Source of the DNA: Macrostomum hystrix
Lineage: Eukaryota; Animalia; Platyhelminthes
DNA length: 64,000 nt
Assembly (NCBI GenBank): GCA_950097015.1
Contig: CATNEN010000001.1
Span: forward strand, 16,616,001-16,680,000
Direction of reading: 5' to 3'
This document shows, one piece after another, positions 11,736 to 25,187 of the stretch. How positions within the stretch are numbered: the stretch's first letter is position 1; every line of letters starts with the position of its first letter. Below the pieces are notes generated by a model. That model saw only the letters and a program-made list of their open reading frames with translations, had not been told where the DNA came from and made no database searches. The position numbers and the translations under genes are program-made.

Positions 11736-12229
11736 AAATAAGTGGTAATTACAGGATTAATGTGTTTATAACTGCAAAGTTTTCAAATTTGTAGATCTTG
11801 AAAAATTATGGTGTTTATCTGTATATTTTACTTCATCGGTGTGCTAAAATTAGAATCTTCTTAAAATGTGAAGGCATATGCAAGTTGAGTTTGAAGTACA
11901 CTTATTAGGAAATTATAAGACCCGATCCGAAGTGGACCACGCGAAAACTGCTACTTTGTCACCGTGAGTGTCTGGGCCAAGTCATTAATCACACTGGTCG
12001 TGTTTCCAATAATAGTCTTTATACCTAGTGTCTGCTTCATAGTGTAGCGAATCGTTTCTTGGCTGGGAAGAGCACGTTAAGACTCGTGTCTATTTATATC
12101 TTTTCTGAATCCGGCAGTCGTGTTTCGTTTTTTCGGGAAAATTTGCTTTAGACCAAACAGGTGGGTTTGAGGACTTGTCCGAGAACTGGGTGTAAAACTA
12201 ATGCGTTGGAATTTTTCAACTGCAATTAC

Positions 12230-12792
12230 AAAGATTGCTTGCTAGACACAAAGACTGTCTGTAAGACACAAATATTGACATTTAGACACAAAGATTGACA
12301 TTTAAACACAAAGATTGACATTTAGACACAAAGACAGTCATTTAGACACAATGCTCATATGCTAGACAAAATGCTCATATGCTAGACACAATGCTCATAT
12401 GCTAGACACAATGCTCATATGCTAGACACAATGCTCATATGCTAGACAAAATGCTCATATGCTAGACACAATGCTCATATGCTAGACACAATGCTCATAT
12501 GCTAGACACAATGCTCATATGCTAGACACAATGCTCATATGCTAGACACAATGCTCATATGCTAGACACAATGCTCATACGTACGAGTATGCTAGACACA
12601 ATGCTCATATGCTAGACACAATGCTCATATGCTAGACACAATGCTCATATGCTAGACACAATGCTCATATGCTAGACACAATGCTCATACGTACGAGTAT
12701 GCTAGACACAATGCTCATATGCTAGACACAATGCTCATATGCTAGACACAATGCTCATATGCTAGACACAATGCTAATATGCTAGACACAAT
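12230..12792. repeat. 20-bp minisatellite (GCTAGACACAATGCTCATAT)n
   Basis: More than 20 near-perfect units with degenerate units at the 5' edge. Confidence 0.95.
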
Positions 12793-14369
12793 CACTCACA
12801 AGTCAAACTGTCTATGTACATCTTCACTATACTTTATTATCAACTCTGAAACAAATTCTAAACAGATGGTTCTGGAGACTATGTTCATGGAGACACAGCC
12901 TGACTGCAATTCTGCAAGTGTCTCTCAGCAAACCCACCCCACAGTTTAGCTACATGCGCCTGGTTGCATGTGCTGAATTGCACATTCTGCAATACCAGTT
13001 GTGTCCTGGGGTTCTTAGGCACACACATATTTGCAAACTGGTCAAAGCCTCCACCCCCATTGCTCTGATCTTACCTAACTGATCCAATGGAAGGCTTATT
13101 TACATACTTCTGTGAACTTTGTGTGCAGATAGAGCAGCAGCAGCAGCAGCAGCCGACTTTGCTAAACAGAAGCAATCTACAGGAATTGACTGCTTAAACT
13201 TCAAAGAATTCTTTGAAAGGCCTGACTGTTCTAAGGACGTCTACTTGAGAGTGAAAAATTTGTTAGTCATGTCGCATCCTCCGCCGCCACCTCCGCCGAT
13301 ACGAACAACGGAGCTAAACCAGCAGTGAGTACTTGCTGTCACTTCACCCTCCCTTCACCCTTCTGAATGCAAAATCTAGAAGTTATTGAACTGCCCCAAT
13401 TGTGCCAGATGTGCAGCCGACAGCACAGCTGCAGCAATTGCGCGGCGCATCTGAAAGCTGCGTACGGCTGTTCAGTCCATGGACTGGGGAGTGTCACACC
13501 CATCCCTGCAATTAACCCGGACACAGTAGAGTCAAGAATCGAAACCCAGACCTTTCAGTCGTGAGTCTGACGACGTTATCTTGGCCCTAACGACACTCTA
13601 ATCGTACAACTATATATTCTGGCCAAAAAATTCTATTTATAATAGGCTACAGTTAGGCGTTGATATTATTCAAAACCAGAATTTCGTCAAACAACTAAGA
13701 CTTAATAAATTGACTTGGCCATCATGTGCGACCTCAGGACTTCGGAACAGGTGCCAAAGTCAATCTGAACAAATTAATTTACTTTATTCGTTTGGGGTCG
13801 GGGCACTTAAGAGGCCGATATGAACATTTGAAAACAGGAAATCAAATTTAGTCACAAGGTGTCAAGCTAAAGCTATCTGCTAAACTGACAGCTATAACAA
13901 AATGTTTCTGTAAGAACCAGGGATGTACATCGGTGTACAACCCCGCGAAATCGAGCTCAGGACGTTTGTGCGAAAGTTTGACGTGTTAAAACTTACTCAC
14001 AAAATAAATTTCTAATCAATATTTCCACTAACTCCCACACAACTATTTTTAGCGTGTAGCTTGACTAGCTTTCTTGGTCACACTAACACAGCGAGGCAAA
14101 GCCATTTGATTTCAGATCTACCATTATCGATCGGCGTCTATTGATCTACAATGGTCAACAGAATTTTAGTTTGTTTATAATGAACTGAAACCCAGAGGGC
14201 TAGCATGATAGCACACAAATTGTTTAAATTGTAATGCTAAACAATTGAGTACTCGTTTTATTGTTGACATTGTTTTGGAATTTGAAATTGCTGAAATGGA
14301 CAGTTAAAAAGGAAATTTTAATCAAAAAGACGAAATAAATAATATAAAAAATTCATTTTCATTTAAAGA

Positions 14370-14915
14370 TGGAATCCCAATTACCAAACACGGAATCTCA
14401 ATCATAAAACACGGAATCCCAATCCTGAAACACGGAATCCCAATAAAAAAACACGGAATCCCAATCCTGAAACACGGAATCCCAATCCTGAAACACGGAA
14501 TCCCAATCATAAAATACGGAATCCCAATTACAAAACACGGAATCCCAATTACAAAACACGGAATCCCAGTTTTAAAACACGGAATCCCAGTTATAAAACA
14601 CGGAATCCCAGTTATAAAACACGGAATCCCAGTTATAAAACACGGAATCCCAATCATAAAACACGGAATCCCAATCCTGAAATACGGAATCCCAGTTATA
14701 AAACACGGAATCCCAGTTATAAAACACGGAATCCCAGTTATAAAACACGGAATCCCAGTTATAAAACACGGAATCCCAGTTACAAAACACGGAATCCCAA
14801 TCATAAAACACGGAATCCCAATCCTGAAACACGGAATCCCAGTTATAAAACACGGAATCCCAATCCTGAAACACGGAATCCCAGTTATAAAACACGGAAT
14901 CCCAATCCTGAAACA
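14370..14915. repeat. 21-bp minisatellite (GGAATCCCAGTTATAAAACAC)n
   Basis: About 26 units are visible. Confidence 0.95.
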
Positions 14916-14959
14916 CAAAATCTCAGATTCGTCACCCTTTAGACATGCATTTGTACAGA

Positions 14960-15560
14960 AATGTTTGTTTCCGCATGACTGAATGCAGCTCAGCTCCCTA
15001 TCGGGCTACTCAAGCGCTTCATTTTCAGGGATCTGACTCTAGAAATCCCATGGGATGCTGCGTGAGGAAGAAGGCGTCCCCCAGCTCACCTTTCTCATAT
15101 AGTCTACCCTGATTGAGCCAGGTGAAATGGCTTGTTCTAACACGTATCCTTCAAATCGTGGGTTCTCCTCTCTGACTCTGAGCTTCCGATGAGCTAACGA
15201 TCCCTTTCCACTCCCCTATCTTCCTCTCCATCCTCTGCAGATCTCTCAGAATCTGCCCCTGTTTATTCAGATATAAATTTTTTGGATTTTCAAGCCACAG
15301 AGAAGCTATTGCAAAGAAATGCAAAGCCTGCAGACTGGGACATTGGCGTGACTCATACAAAGTATTCCTAGAAAAGGGACAGAATGTTGTTGTCCGATGC
15401 ATCCCGTCCGATTGCCGACTTAATCTTATAAAGATTGCACAGAATGGATGGAGATTCTGCAAGTCAGTGATTGCACTATCAGAGCGCAAACTGAATGGAC
15501 CCTTGTCCATCGCCAACATGGAACTACCCCCCGGAACTACTGGGCGATCAAAGCAGCAAC
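14960..15560 (-). mobile_element. Possible highly decayed non-LTR retrotransposon ORF1-like remnant
   Basis: Fragments DLQNLHPF and WKGIVSS weakly resemble I/Nimb-type ORF1 motifs; many stops; the call is weak. Confidence 0.25.
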
Positions 15561-16429
15561 GGGCAGAGGGGAATGGAACATTAGGGGAGTAAAATTAGGA
15601 ACTAAAACGGACAAGCCAGATCTCATAGCCTCACAGCCCCACAGTTCATTCAAATCCCAATGCGTTCAAATCCCAATGCGGTACTATACGGCCTAGACCA
15701 CAGCGAGGGAGCTAGGGAGAGAGAGGAAGACAGATAGGGACAGAAAAATAAATATCCCTGCCCCTACACACTAGCCCGTGTTCCTAAATCATGTTCTGCT
15801 GCCTCTCCCGTCCCCTCCTGCCCCGTTTTCCTCCTCGCCCAACAGACCGGGGTCTCGGAGCATGTCTTCTCTTTCTTACCCAACTACGCGAGCACGGAGA
15901 GAGGGTTAAAAACTGATTAGAGGATCGCTGGGATGTACGGACGGGCGCAGCAGATAGTGCTACACCCCAACTAGAATCCCGACAAGCAAGTCCTCCATTT
16001 CCCTAATCCCTAGTCCCAAGCTGATGCTCAGTATCGGGGCTGTGTGGGGAGGGGCTGGCGGTTTCTGGGCGATGGCCAATTCGCCTTGGAGCTCCGGGCT
16101 GCAGCCAACCCCGCCGACCTCCGCCTCCTCTCTCTCTCCCTCTGCCCCCCCCCAATCCGCTATCGCTCTCCGTACCAACCCCTACTTGGGGACACTCCGT
16201 TTCTCTCTCCCTCCCTCTCTCCCGTTCCCTGCCTCATAGCTACCCGATAGCGGCTGCGTATTAATCACCCACCTGCGTTGCCAACCCCCAGCTGCAACCT
16301 CCTCCAAGCCAGTAATTTTTCTTTCCCCAAAACGAACAAGAACGAAACAGTCGAGCTCCCAGTGCCTCGCAGTCATTACCGTCTTCAATTAGCTCCATAG
16401 CGTCATTAATCATTTTCGATTTTCCTACC

Positions 16430-19400
16430 ATGTCGCTGCTTGTCGACGAGCATAGCTTCGGCGAGACTTCAACGGATCCGGATGAACCGCAGACCAGAAA
16501 TTCCTTCAACGCATCGGCTTGCACTGTCAAGTACGTGACAGTCTACCTGGACCGCGCCGAGGTGTGTCGCATCCTGAGGCCGAAGGTGCACGCCGGAGAG
16601 AATGAAATTCTCCTGAGAGGTCTGACGCCAGCCATCGACAAGGATTCCATCAGGTTGGGCTGACAAGTTATGCCTTAAACTGTGTTGCAGAGTTAAAATT
16701 TGATTAGAAATAAAATTTTTATTACCGTATTTAAAAGCTTCATTCTTCTTTTTTCTTTACTCCTCATTTTATATTATTCGTTGAATGCGATTCCGCGGCG
16801 AGGCCACATTCATTTGGGGCGCAGCCGCGGAGAGAAGGCTTGGGGGCTTGTCGTGAAATTTTCGCCCTTGAGGGCCAACCTCCACGGCACAGTGAGAGTG
16901 TACACTGCCTGACGATGAGAAAGTAAGGGCAGATGTACAAACCTGTGTGCGTGTGTGCTCAGGAGTCAGCGAAATGGGCAGAATTGCCTCCTCGCTGGCT
17001 GCAGGTCTAGTGTCACGAAATGATGAGCCCTTGCCCACAGCCCTCCAGCATTTATTTCTGTTAAAATGGGTTCGTCGTTAAGGCAGCTACCAGTTCTATT
17101 TTATGTTTTTCTTTGGTTCGTCGGGTGGCTACTGTAAGCACCAATATGTTCAACTCCCCGTCGCAATGTCCTCTTGACAGGGTGGAGGTCAAAGGCCCGG
17201 CCACCATCGCCGACGTGGCCTTCTTGGCCAAACACAACCACGACGACGAGGAGAAGAAGGCCGCCCTTCGGGCTCAGACGCAGGCCTCGCTGGCTCAGGA
17301 GCAGCGCGCTATGGAGAGCCTGAACAATCGCCAGGCCCGACTGCTGAAGCAGCGCGATGTTTTGAACAGCTACGCCGACACGCTGATCAAGAAGCCAGAG
17401 CCAGGATCGGCCGCTGCATCTACCGAAGCGGCCGACAGTCAGGTGAGTTTTATTGTCTTAGCAATGGTCTAATAGGTCAGGTAAAAGTGACAATCTTTGC
17501 TTGACTTCGTCAATGAAGGACGCCAAAGCCGCTGGCGGTAACAACAACCTACACGCCGCTATCGACGCCTTCGATCCGAAGCACATGGACACGCTGAACA
17601 GCTTCTTCGATCTGTACGAGAAGCAGGCGGGCAAGCTGGACGACGACCTCCAGGAGACCAAGGTGAAGATTCAGGCCAAGGAGGAGGCCATCAAGGTGCT
17701 CGAGAGGCAGCTGCGCGATATTGAGTCACGATACGCTGAGCTGCTGAGCAGGTGAGACACTGTTGGCTCTTCACACCTTCACACCTGTATGAAGTCACTT
17801 CAAGTCAAAGTCAAAAGTCAAAATCAATGGACGGGCTAAAATTTTTTCGCTCTATCGGACGAGACAACTTCCTGAATCACAAAACATCGACATCGTCGAG
17901 ATATTCAATGATTCTCGTCGGAGTGTCTAGTGGAAAGAATCACAAATACGGGCATATCTGTTCTGCTCACAAAATGTCATTATGTAATCGTGTCGGTTAT
18001 CATTATTTACTATTTTGGATTGATTAAAATGGATTCGTCATAGAGGTTAATATAGTAATGTTAGCTGTTCTTGTCACCAGTGTCTTCGATTTAGTCATTC
18101 GGTTTTGGAGCTATCTACTGTTGAAGAGAAGAATGGTTTGAATCGATGTACATTCGAATGAGTTTAGTCAGGCTGTGTACCGATGTTCAGTCTATGGACT
18201 GGGCTAGCCGACTCACCCGCTTATATTTCTATCCCAGCTGATGCCTCGTAAGAATCGAGCACCCGACTATTAGCCACAAGCTCACAAATCTATAGGACAG
18301 TTTAATTTTGAATTGTACATTTCGAATCTAAAATTGACTAGAACAACACAGTGTACATTCAATATGGCGGGTTGGCTCTTTTGCCAAGAGTGGGTGAGAA
18401 GGTTGTAGCCTAGTGATTAGATCGTCGGACTCTCGACTTGAAGGTCGGGGGCTCGATTCCTGACTCCACTCGAAAAAATTGTGTTCTGTAGCAAGACACT
18501 TCAGTTCACCCAGCTGTTAAATGGGTTAAACGGTGTGACGTCCCCCCAGTCCATGGACTAAACAGACGTACCCAGCTTCCAGCAATACTTTCAACAAGAA
18601 GTACAAAACATGCGCATTGGGAATGCAATTGTGCATTCTGCGCTCTGGCTTATAGCCGAGAGCGTCCAATTGCTACAGCAGTCGTGGGAAATTCCTTACA
18701 CCATCCCCTCAGTGTGCCCTTATCCCATGACTGTGTTTCAGTCAGCATTCATTCTATCAGCAAGTGTTCCGAATGTTGCTATGAAAGTTAGACAGTTAGA
18801 GCTAGACTATATAGTTTGTATACATGCGGGTGTTTGAAGGCTTGAAGCAAACACCAGCCTAACCCGAGTGCAGCCTATCGATTTTTTTCTCTGTCAGAAC
18901 ATCCGCCCTAGAACGAAATCTCGTTCTAACTCGTTGAAACCTCTACCAGGCAGCATCGCCAGCAACCTCTCTCTCTCTCTCTCTCTCTCTCTCGAATCCT
19001 ATCAGTCTTCTTCACCGCTAGCATCATCGGCGCACAGCGGGTAGCGATTTATTTTGCTGTTGTTTTTTTCCTAGAAACCGCTGCATCCTAGACATCAGCA
19101 CCAGACACAGGTGATAATCCAATTCTGATAATCCTCCGATGAAACTGTACTGTTATTTTTCAGGGAGGTGTCCGTGGTGTTGGAAAGCCAGGAGGCTACA
19201 CAGCTGGAGTTGCACTTCTCCTATGTGGTGTCGCGCGCCAGGTGGAGCCCCAAATACGACATCCGGGTGTTCAGCAACGAGTCGGCGATGAAGGTATGAA
19301 CTAGTGGAATCAACAATGTCCATTCAGCAACAAACTTTCGATGCTGATGAATAGAGACAGTTTGCGTACAGGCCATTCTAAAAATAGCTTTTTATTCGAC

Positions 19401-22400
19401 CGATAAGATTTAGAAGGCCGATTTAACTATGTTAATAAGCAACAGAACACGTTACAATACAGACACAGACAGACACGGACAGAAGCAGACAGTCACAACA
19501 CAGACACAACACAGACATAACAAAGACACAAAAATACACAACATACAGACGCAGACAGGCACCACACTGGCACAGCAAAGACACAACAAGGACACAACAA
19601 GGACACAACAAGGACACAACAAGGACACAACAAGGACACAACAAGGACACAACAAGGACACAACAAGGACACAACAAGGACACAACAAGGGCACAACAAG
19701 GACACAACAAGGACACAACAAGGACACAACAAGGACACAACAAGGACACAACAAGGACACAACAAGGACACAACAAGGGCACAACAAGGGCACAACAAGG
19801 GCACAACAAGGGCACAACAAGGGCACAACAAGGGCACAACAAGGACACAACAAGGACACAACAAGGACACAACAAGGACACAACAAGGGCACAACAAGGA
19901 CACAACAAGGACACAACAAGGACACAACAAGGACACAACAAGGACACAACAAGGACACAACAAGGACACAACAAGGACACAACAAGGACACAACAAGGAC
20001 ACAACAAGGACACAACAAGGACACAACAAGGACACAACACAGACACAACAAAGACGCGGCAAAGACACAACAAGGACACAACACAGACACAACAAGGACA
20101 CAACACAGACACAACAAGGGCACAACACAGACACAACAAGGACACAACAAGGACACAACACAGCCACAACAGGCAGACAGACAGCGAAGCCGCCACAAAC
20201 CCACACCGACAGATAATCTACTACGGTCTGGTGCAGCAGAACACGGGAGAGGATTGGGAGAATGCTCAAATCGCTCTGAGCACCAGCCAACCAGGTGTTG
20301 GCGGTACAGTTCCAGCACTGACTGTGCACAAGGCACACTTCAAAAGCAACAAGCCGTAAGAGACGATAAAGTTATTTTGATTATTTCAATTTCAATTTAT
20401 TTAAAAAAAATTTCTGTGATTTTTTAAATCTGTGAACAGCAGCGTACAAAATCACTATAAGCAATATTCAATGCAATGCGACAAAAATTCCAGAAATATT
20501 GAATGGATACATTTTTAATTCTTAATGAAATCTTAGACCTCTTTCTAGCTAGCTGCTCCTGTCTCTCAGGACTGTTGTGACTGTTATTCTCTTTGAATTT
20601 GGCACAATATCCGTGCACAATACCACAGTTCGGTTTGACCCACAAGTTCGCTAGCATTAATTTTAGTGTGGTACAGATCTACTTTGTATATGATTTTCTA
20701 AATGCCTAATTACCCGGAAATACTATAGTTAGCTCACAGATCCCCCATTAGTGTTAGTTGTTTACTGTACTATGCGTGCGTAGATTTAGTTTACTTCTGT
20801 CCAGAGACTGCATGTGGCCTATCAGTTACCTTAGATGGTCGTAAATAGTTATTGCCTTACTGAAGACAGTCGTCGTGTATTTAACGGGAGCTCAACAATA
20901 GTTCAAGAGCCACAACATTTTGATGGTATTTATCGAGTTATGAAACTAAAATCAGCGAATCTTCGGCCCGGACGAAATCTCAAATATGATTTAAGGAAAT
21001 TTCGATCTAGAATTGTTGTATCTACTCGGTAAAAAAAAACAAAAAATATAACACATAGTTCATTGTACATAGACATAGTACATTAGCACATTGTACATTG
21101 TACTTAGCGCTGATTGGCGTACATGGTAACTGCATTATAAGGGCCTGTAAGAACAGTTGGACTTTCTCCACCGCGCATTCGCACTTTCCTCTGTTGATAC
21201 CTTGTATCTCTCCTGCATTTGTAGTTGACAGACATTGTCACTCGATCTATAATTTTATGTTCAATAGTAAATGTGAGTGACAATGACACGCCAATGATAC
21301 TCAGTTCGTCTGTCTGTGTTTAAATGTCTGCCAATAGTTAGTTTTCTGTCTAAACCGCAGCAGCTCGCTCACATTCTCTGTCCCGTCCAGTCTGAGTGTT
21401 GTCAGCAGCATCGCCGGCGGCGGTGCCAGCAGCTCGCCAGTTCGTCGGGCGCAGAGCATGCGCACGCAGGGCACGTCATCGCTGCGCAAATCCAAGCTGC
21501 CGTTGGACGAAATTTTGGCCGCCGAAGCGGCGGACGATTCATCCATGGGCTCCGAGGTAGCGACTTTCATGTGGGAATTTAATTTTTTAAAAATGGATTT
21601 TTAGGCCAAATTCTGTACGAAGTCGGTAAGTTCCAGTTAAAAGCATGCTACAAAAAGATCGGTAATCTTAACTATTCTCAGCTTTCATTGTCTATCAATA
21701 TTTTCACCTGAGTTTTTTGTTTTAATCTGTGTCCGGCTTTACGTTATTTACTTCCTTTGCTTCGATTGTCGCAATTTGATTCGGTGGCTACCTGTGTTGC
21801 CTTGGTAAACTATCGAATATTTTGATGCGCTGCTGTTCACAAGTAAAGTAATTGCTGAATGAGTTTGACTCCGATCGCATTCCCGATCCGTTCAGCGACC
21901 TGTCCGCGGTCACCCTGCGACGCAACGCCACCAAGGTAAAGAAAGCCAGACACGTAGTGAAAGCACTCAGCTTCCACGCTGCAAACGATCGCGGTCAGTA
22001 TTCGCGCCCTCTGGTGGTCTCTCCGGGCGAGGAGTCGCCAGCTGGTGCTCTAGATCTAGACAACGAGCTGTCAGCGACAATGCTGCGCTCTCCGACCGAC
22101 TCACACGGAGTAGGCGCATTAAGCGCCTTCGAGCTGTCCGGCAGTTCAGCAAGCGGCGGTCTTAAAGAGGTTTCTACACAGAACTGTAGTGGGGCTCGAG
22201 TCCTGGGGATATTGTAGTGGGGACAGAGCGCAAGCTGGACTGTTATATTAGCCAGATTTCATTCTGCATATCGTGTAGTCAGTCTTGACTGTTGTTTGTC
22301 GCATCTCATGCTACTGTACAGTCCTCATTCTACTCCTGGGGTCGACAAACTCCGGCCCGCGGGCCAAATGCGGCCCTCGAAGCTCCCAAATCCGCCCCGT

Positions 22401-25187
22401 TGCCCCGGCCTTCCAACACCTACAGTATCCTGTTTCGTCTTTTCCCTGTCTCATAGCTCTTGTGTCTCATCTCCGCTGTCTCTTCTCTTCTCTGTCTCAT
22501 CTCTCCCCAATCTCATTTTTCTAGTCAATGCGGCCCGCTGCCGTCTCTTTGGCCCGCAAGCGAATAAGTTTGCCTTGCTGTCTGAATTGGCTGAACAGTA
22601 GAGGAGAGGCGGCGGCTGCATGGGTATTGATAAAAGTACTTCGGCCCGCTAGCGGCCTGGGTGGTGGCATGACTCATCGGAAAGAACTAACCAAGGGAAT
22701 AGTGAGGTCTGGGAATTTGTTCCCTTCAGCCCCCTGAAGCCAGTCGATTCATTATCGCTGCTGCTGTGAGGGGATCTCTCCAGATTTTTCCCTATCCAGC
22801 TTTTTTTAGTCCAATTAGTTTGACAGCCCGTGAATTTATTAGAGCAATGTTAAGAGATGATTTCTGGTGCCATCCTGTGAGCATATCCTCCGATGTGTGC
22901 TGACATCAAACGCTCTGTTTTCTACCACAGTAAGTTTTTACGAGTATATTGTTTGTTGTTTTCATCCAAATCTGTCGAACCTGGCCTAGTAGAGTTTATT
23001 CTTAATTTTCAGTTTAGTTCAGTTATAGTGCAGGATCAATCATCGCCAGAATCTGTATTCTCTAGTCGCCAGTGTTTAGCTCTGAATTCTTGACGGATTC
23101 AATCGAGATCATTGTTTTAGATAGTCTGATAATGTCTCCCCTTGCTAATGAAACGCGCTTTTTTGTTAGCTTGCGATTAGTCGATAATTGATTACTTTGC
23201 TTATCTTAACTCGCAAAATGACTACACGAAGCCTTAACGGCTATTGCAATTTAATTTTTCCTCCTTTTGTTACACGTCGCTTAGCAACCGTTATGCCACG
23301 CTTATTGTTGTTTATTCGTGACCGGAAAGCTTAGTTTTTAAACTGTTGAAGTTATGGTATAATTTTAAACTCGTGAAAAACTGGATTTCTATAACCGAAT
23401 TTGTTATTAAAAGGTGGCTCGCGGTGGCGAGACATTGCGCTCAGCCGGATGCAACATCCAGAGCACCCAATTCGATGTGCCTCGCCTATTCACCATCCCG
23501 TGCGACGGCGAAGAGCACAAGGTCACCATCGCTATCATCGACCTGTGCCCCACCTTTGAGTACGAGTCGGTGCCGCAGAGGGCTCCGTTTGCCTACCTGA
23601 AGGCTGCCGTCACCAACACATCCAACTACGCACTACTGGCCGGACCCACCAACATCTATGTGGACAACAACTTCATCGGTAAGGTGAGTGGTCTAAGGTC
23701 CATGCGCGAGGGAGTGAGTGGCAGAGCGGTCTAAAGCTCCCTGAGCTCGATTCCGCGGCGAGGCCGCATTCATTCAGGGCGCAGACGCGGAGAGAAGGCT
23801 TGGGGGCTTTAACCTCCGAGGCACAGTGAGAGTGTACACTGCACCTGACGATGAGAAAGTCAGTGCAGATGTACACACCTGTGTGAGCGTGTGCCTGCGT
23901 ACAGTATCTGTGTTCGTGTGTGCTCAGGAGTCAGCGAAATGGGCAGAATTGCCTACTCGCCGGCTGCGAGTCTGGAGTCACCATATGGTGTGCCGTTCCT
24001 GTTAGCCCTTACTGAAATTATTATTATTACAAAGCTCCTTGTGAAAGATGGACATTCTGTCGATGGACAGTGGGAGAATTGTCCCATTCAAACTTCCCGC
24101 AGTCGGATCTGAAAGCTGCAGCACCCTCAGAGGAGTTTCATTGCAACCTGGGCGCTGACCACGGCATCAAGGTGACGTACAAGCCGATGTACAAGAAGCG
24201 AGAAGGCGGCCAATCAAAAACGGTGGCCTTCTCGCACCGGCAAGTGATTGAGTTGCGTAACACGCACCAGAAACCTATCCGGGTGCTGGTGATAGAACCG
24301 GTTCCACGGCCGGTGGAAGACAAGATCAAGGTTAGCTGGACTGTCGCAATCTTTCACAATTATTTGTTAAATCATATAATTCTATAACTTTTCTACGCCG
24401 AAAACTAATTAATTAAGGTGAGCTTCGTTGAGCCTAAGCTGAATCCGGACAAATACGATCGACAGAAGCCAGTTCGAGTCAATAAGTCTCATTGTGTCGA
24501 ATGGGACGTCGACTTGGATGCCAGTAAGTCGGGGAAGTCATTGGTGCTGCGTCTAACAGGTAGTCTGTACGTCTAACAGGTAGGCTTGTGTCCGACAGGT
24601 AGGCTCTGTGTCTAACAGGTAGACTAGGCTATACCTAACAGACACACTGTGTCTAACAGGTAGTCTGTACGTCTAACAGGTAGGCTGTGTGTCCGACAGG
24701 TAGGCTGTGTGTCTAACAGTTAGGCTGTGTGTCTAACAGTTAGGCTGTGTGTCCGACAGGTAGGCTGTGTGTCTAACGGGTAGGCTGTGTGTCCGACAGG
24801 TAGGCTGTGTGTCCGACAGGTAGGCTGTGTGTCCAACAGGTAGGCTGTGTGCCTAACAGTTAGGCTGTGTGTCTAACGGGTAGACTGTGTGTCCAACAGG
24901 TAGGCTGTGTGTCTAACAGGTAGGCTGTGTGTCCGACAGGTAGGCTGTGTGTCTAACAGGTGAATCTCCTCTAGAAGTATGTTGAGCGTGCGTAGTGGTG
25001 TGGTTGTGTGTCCGACATTGGCTGTGAAAGCACGAACGAAAAATGCTACATAATAAATTTAGGCTATATTATTATTTCAATAATACCATTTTCTGCCTTC
25101 GCAGACGAAACCAAAGAGGTTGTGCTCCGCTACAACATTGAACTGCCAGCTGGAGAGACTCTGGAGTACACAGTCTCCGAGAACTGA
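16430..25187 (+). CDS. DUF4140 + DUF4139 domain protein (C. elegans F37C4.5-like / MuiA family), ~624 aa
   Basis: Phase-consistent exons 16430-16653, 17181-17442, ~17519-17751, 19164-19293, 20213-20355, 21361-21556 (or 21896-22169), 23414-23683, 24103-24330, 24418-24523, 25105-25187. Family motifs VTVYLDRAEV, SYVVSRARWSPKYDIR, QQNTGEDWENAQIALSTSQP, TIPCDGEEHKVTI, LLAGPTNIYVDNNFIG and NLGAD. Confidence 0.88.
16788..17052 (+). mobile_element. SINE family A copy, intronic
   Basis: CGATTCCGCGGCGAGGCC ... TTGCCCACAGCCCTCC. Confidence 0.85.
18392..18585 (+). mobile_element. tRNA-derived SINE family B (CORE-like middle)
   Basis: GTAGCCTAGTG (A box) and GCTCGATTCC (B box), then GCAAGACACTT..CAGTTCACCCAGCTGTTAAATGGG and a CAGTCCATGGACTAAAC tail. 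A homologous copy lies at 39524-39715. Confidence 0.7.
19450..20170. repeat. 11-bp minisatellite (ACACAACAAGG)n, intronic
   Basis: More than 40 units; source of several spurious ORFs. Confidence 0.95.
22336..22580. mobile_element. Non-autonomous hAT (Charlie-type) MITE
   Basis: Left end GGGGTCGACAAACTCCGGCCCGCGGGCCAAATGCGGCCC and right end GGCCCGC...AAGTTTGCC, resembling typical hAT termini and subterminal GGCCC motifs. Confidence 0.55.
23709..23995 (+). mobile_element. SINE family A copy with internal deletions
   Basis: GTGAGTGGCAGAGCGG A box, GCTCGATTCC B box and the shared body. Confidence 0.85.
24550..24961. repeat. 20-bp minisatellite (GTCTAACAGGTAGGCTGTGT)n, intronic
   Basis: About 20 units are visible. 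Confidence 0.93.

Noticed and set aside
16905-16935. Hammerhead-like CTGACGA..GAAA motif in the SINE-A body
   Set aside because: Only 3 nt separate CTGACGA and GAAA (no stem II), stems I and III cannot form, and the bases are better explained as a simple hairpin.
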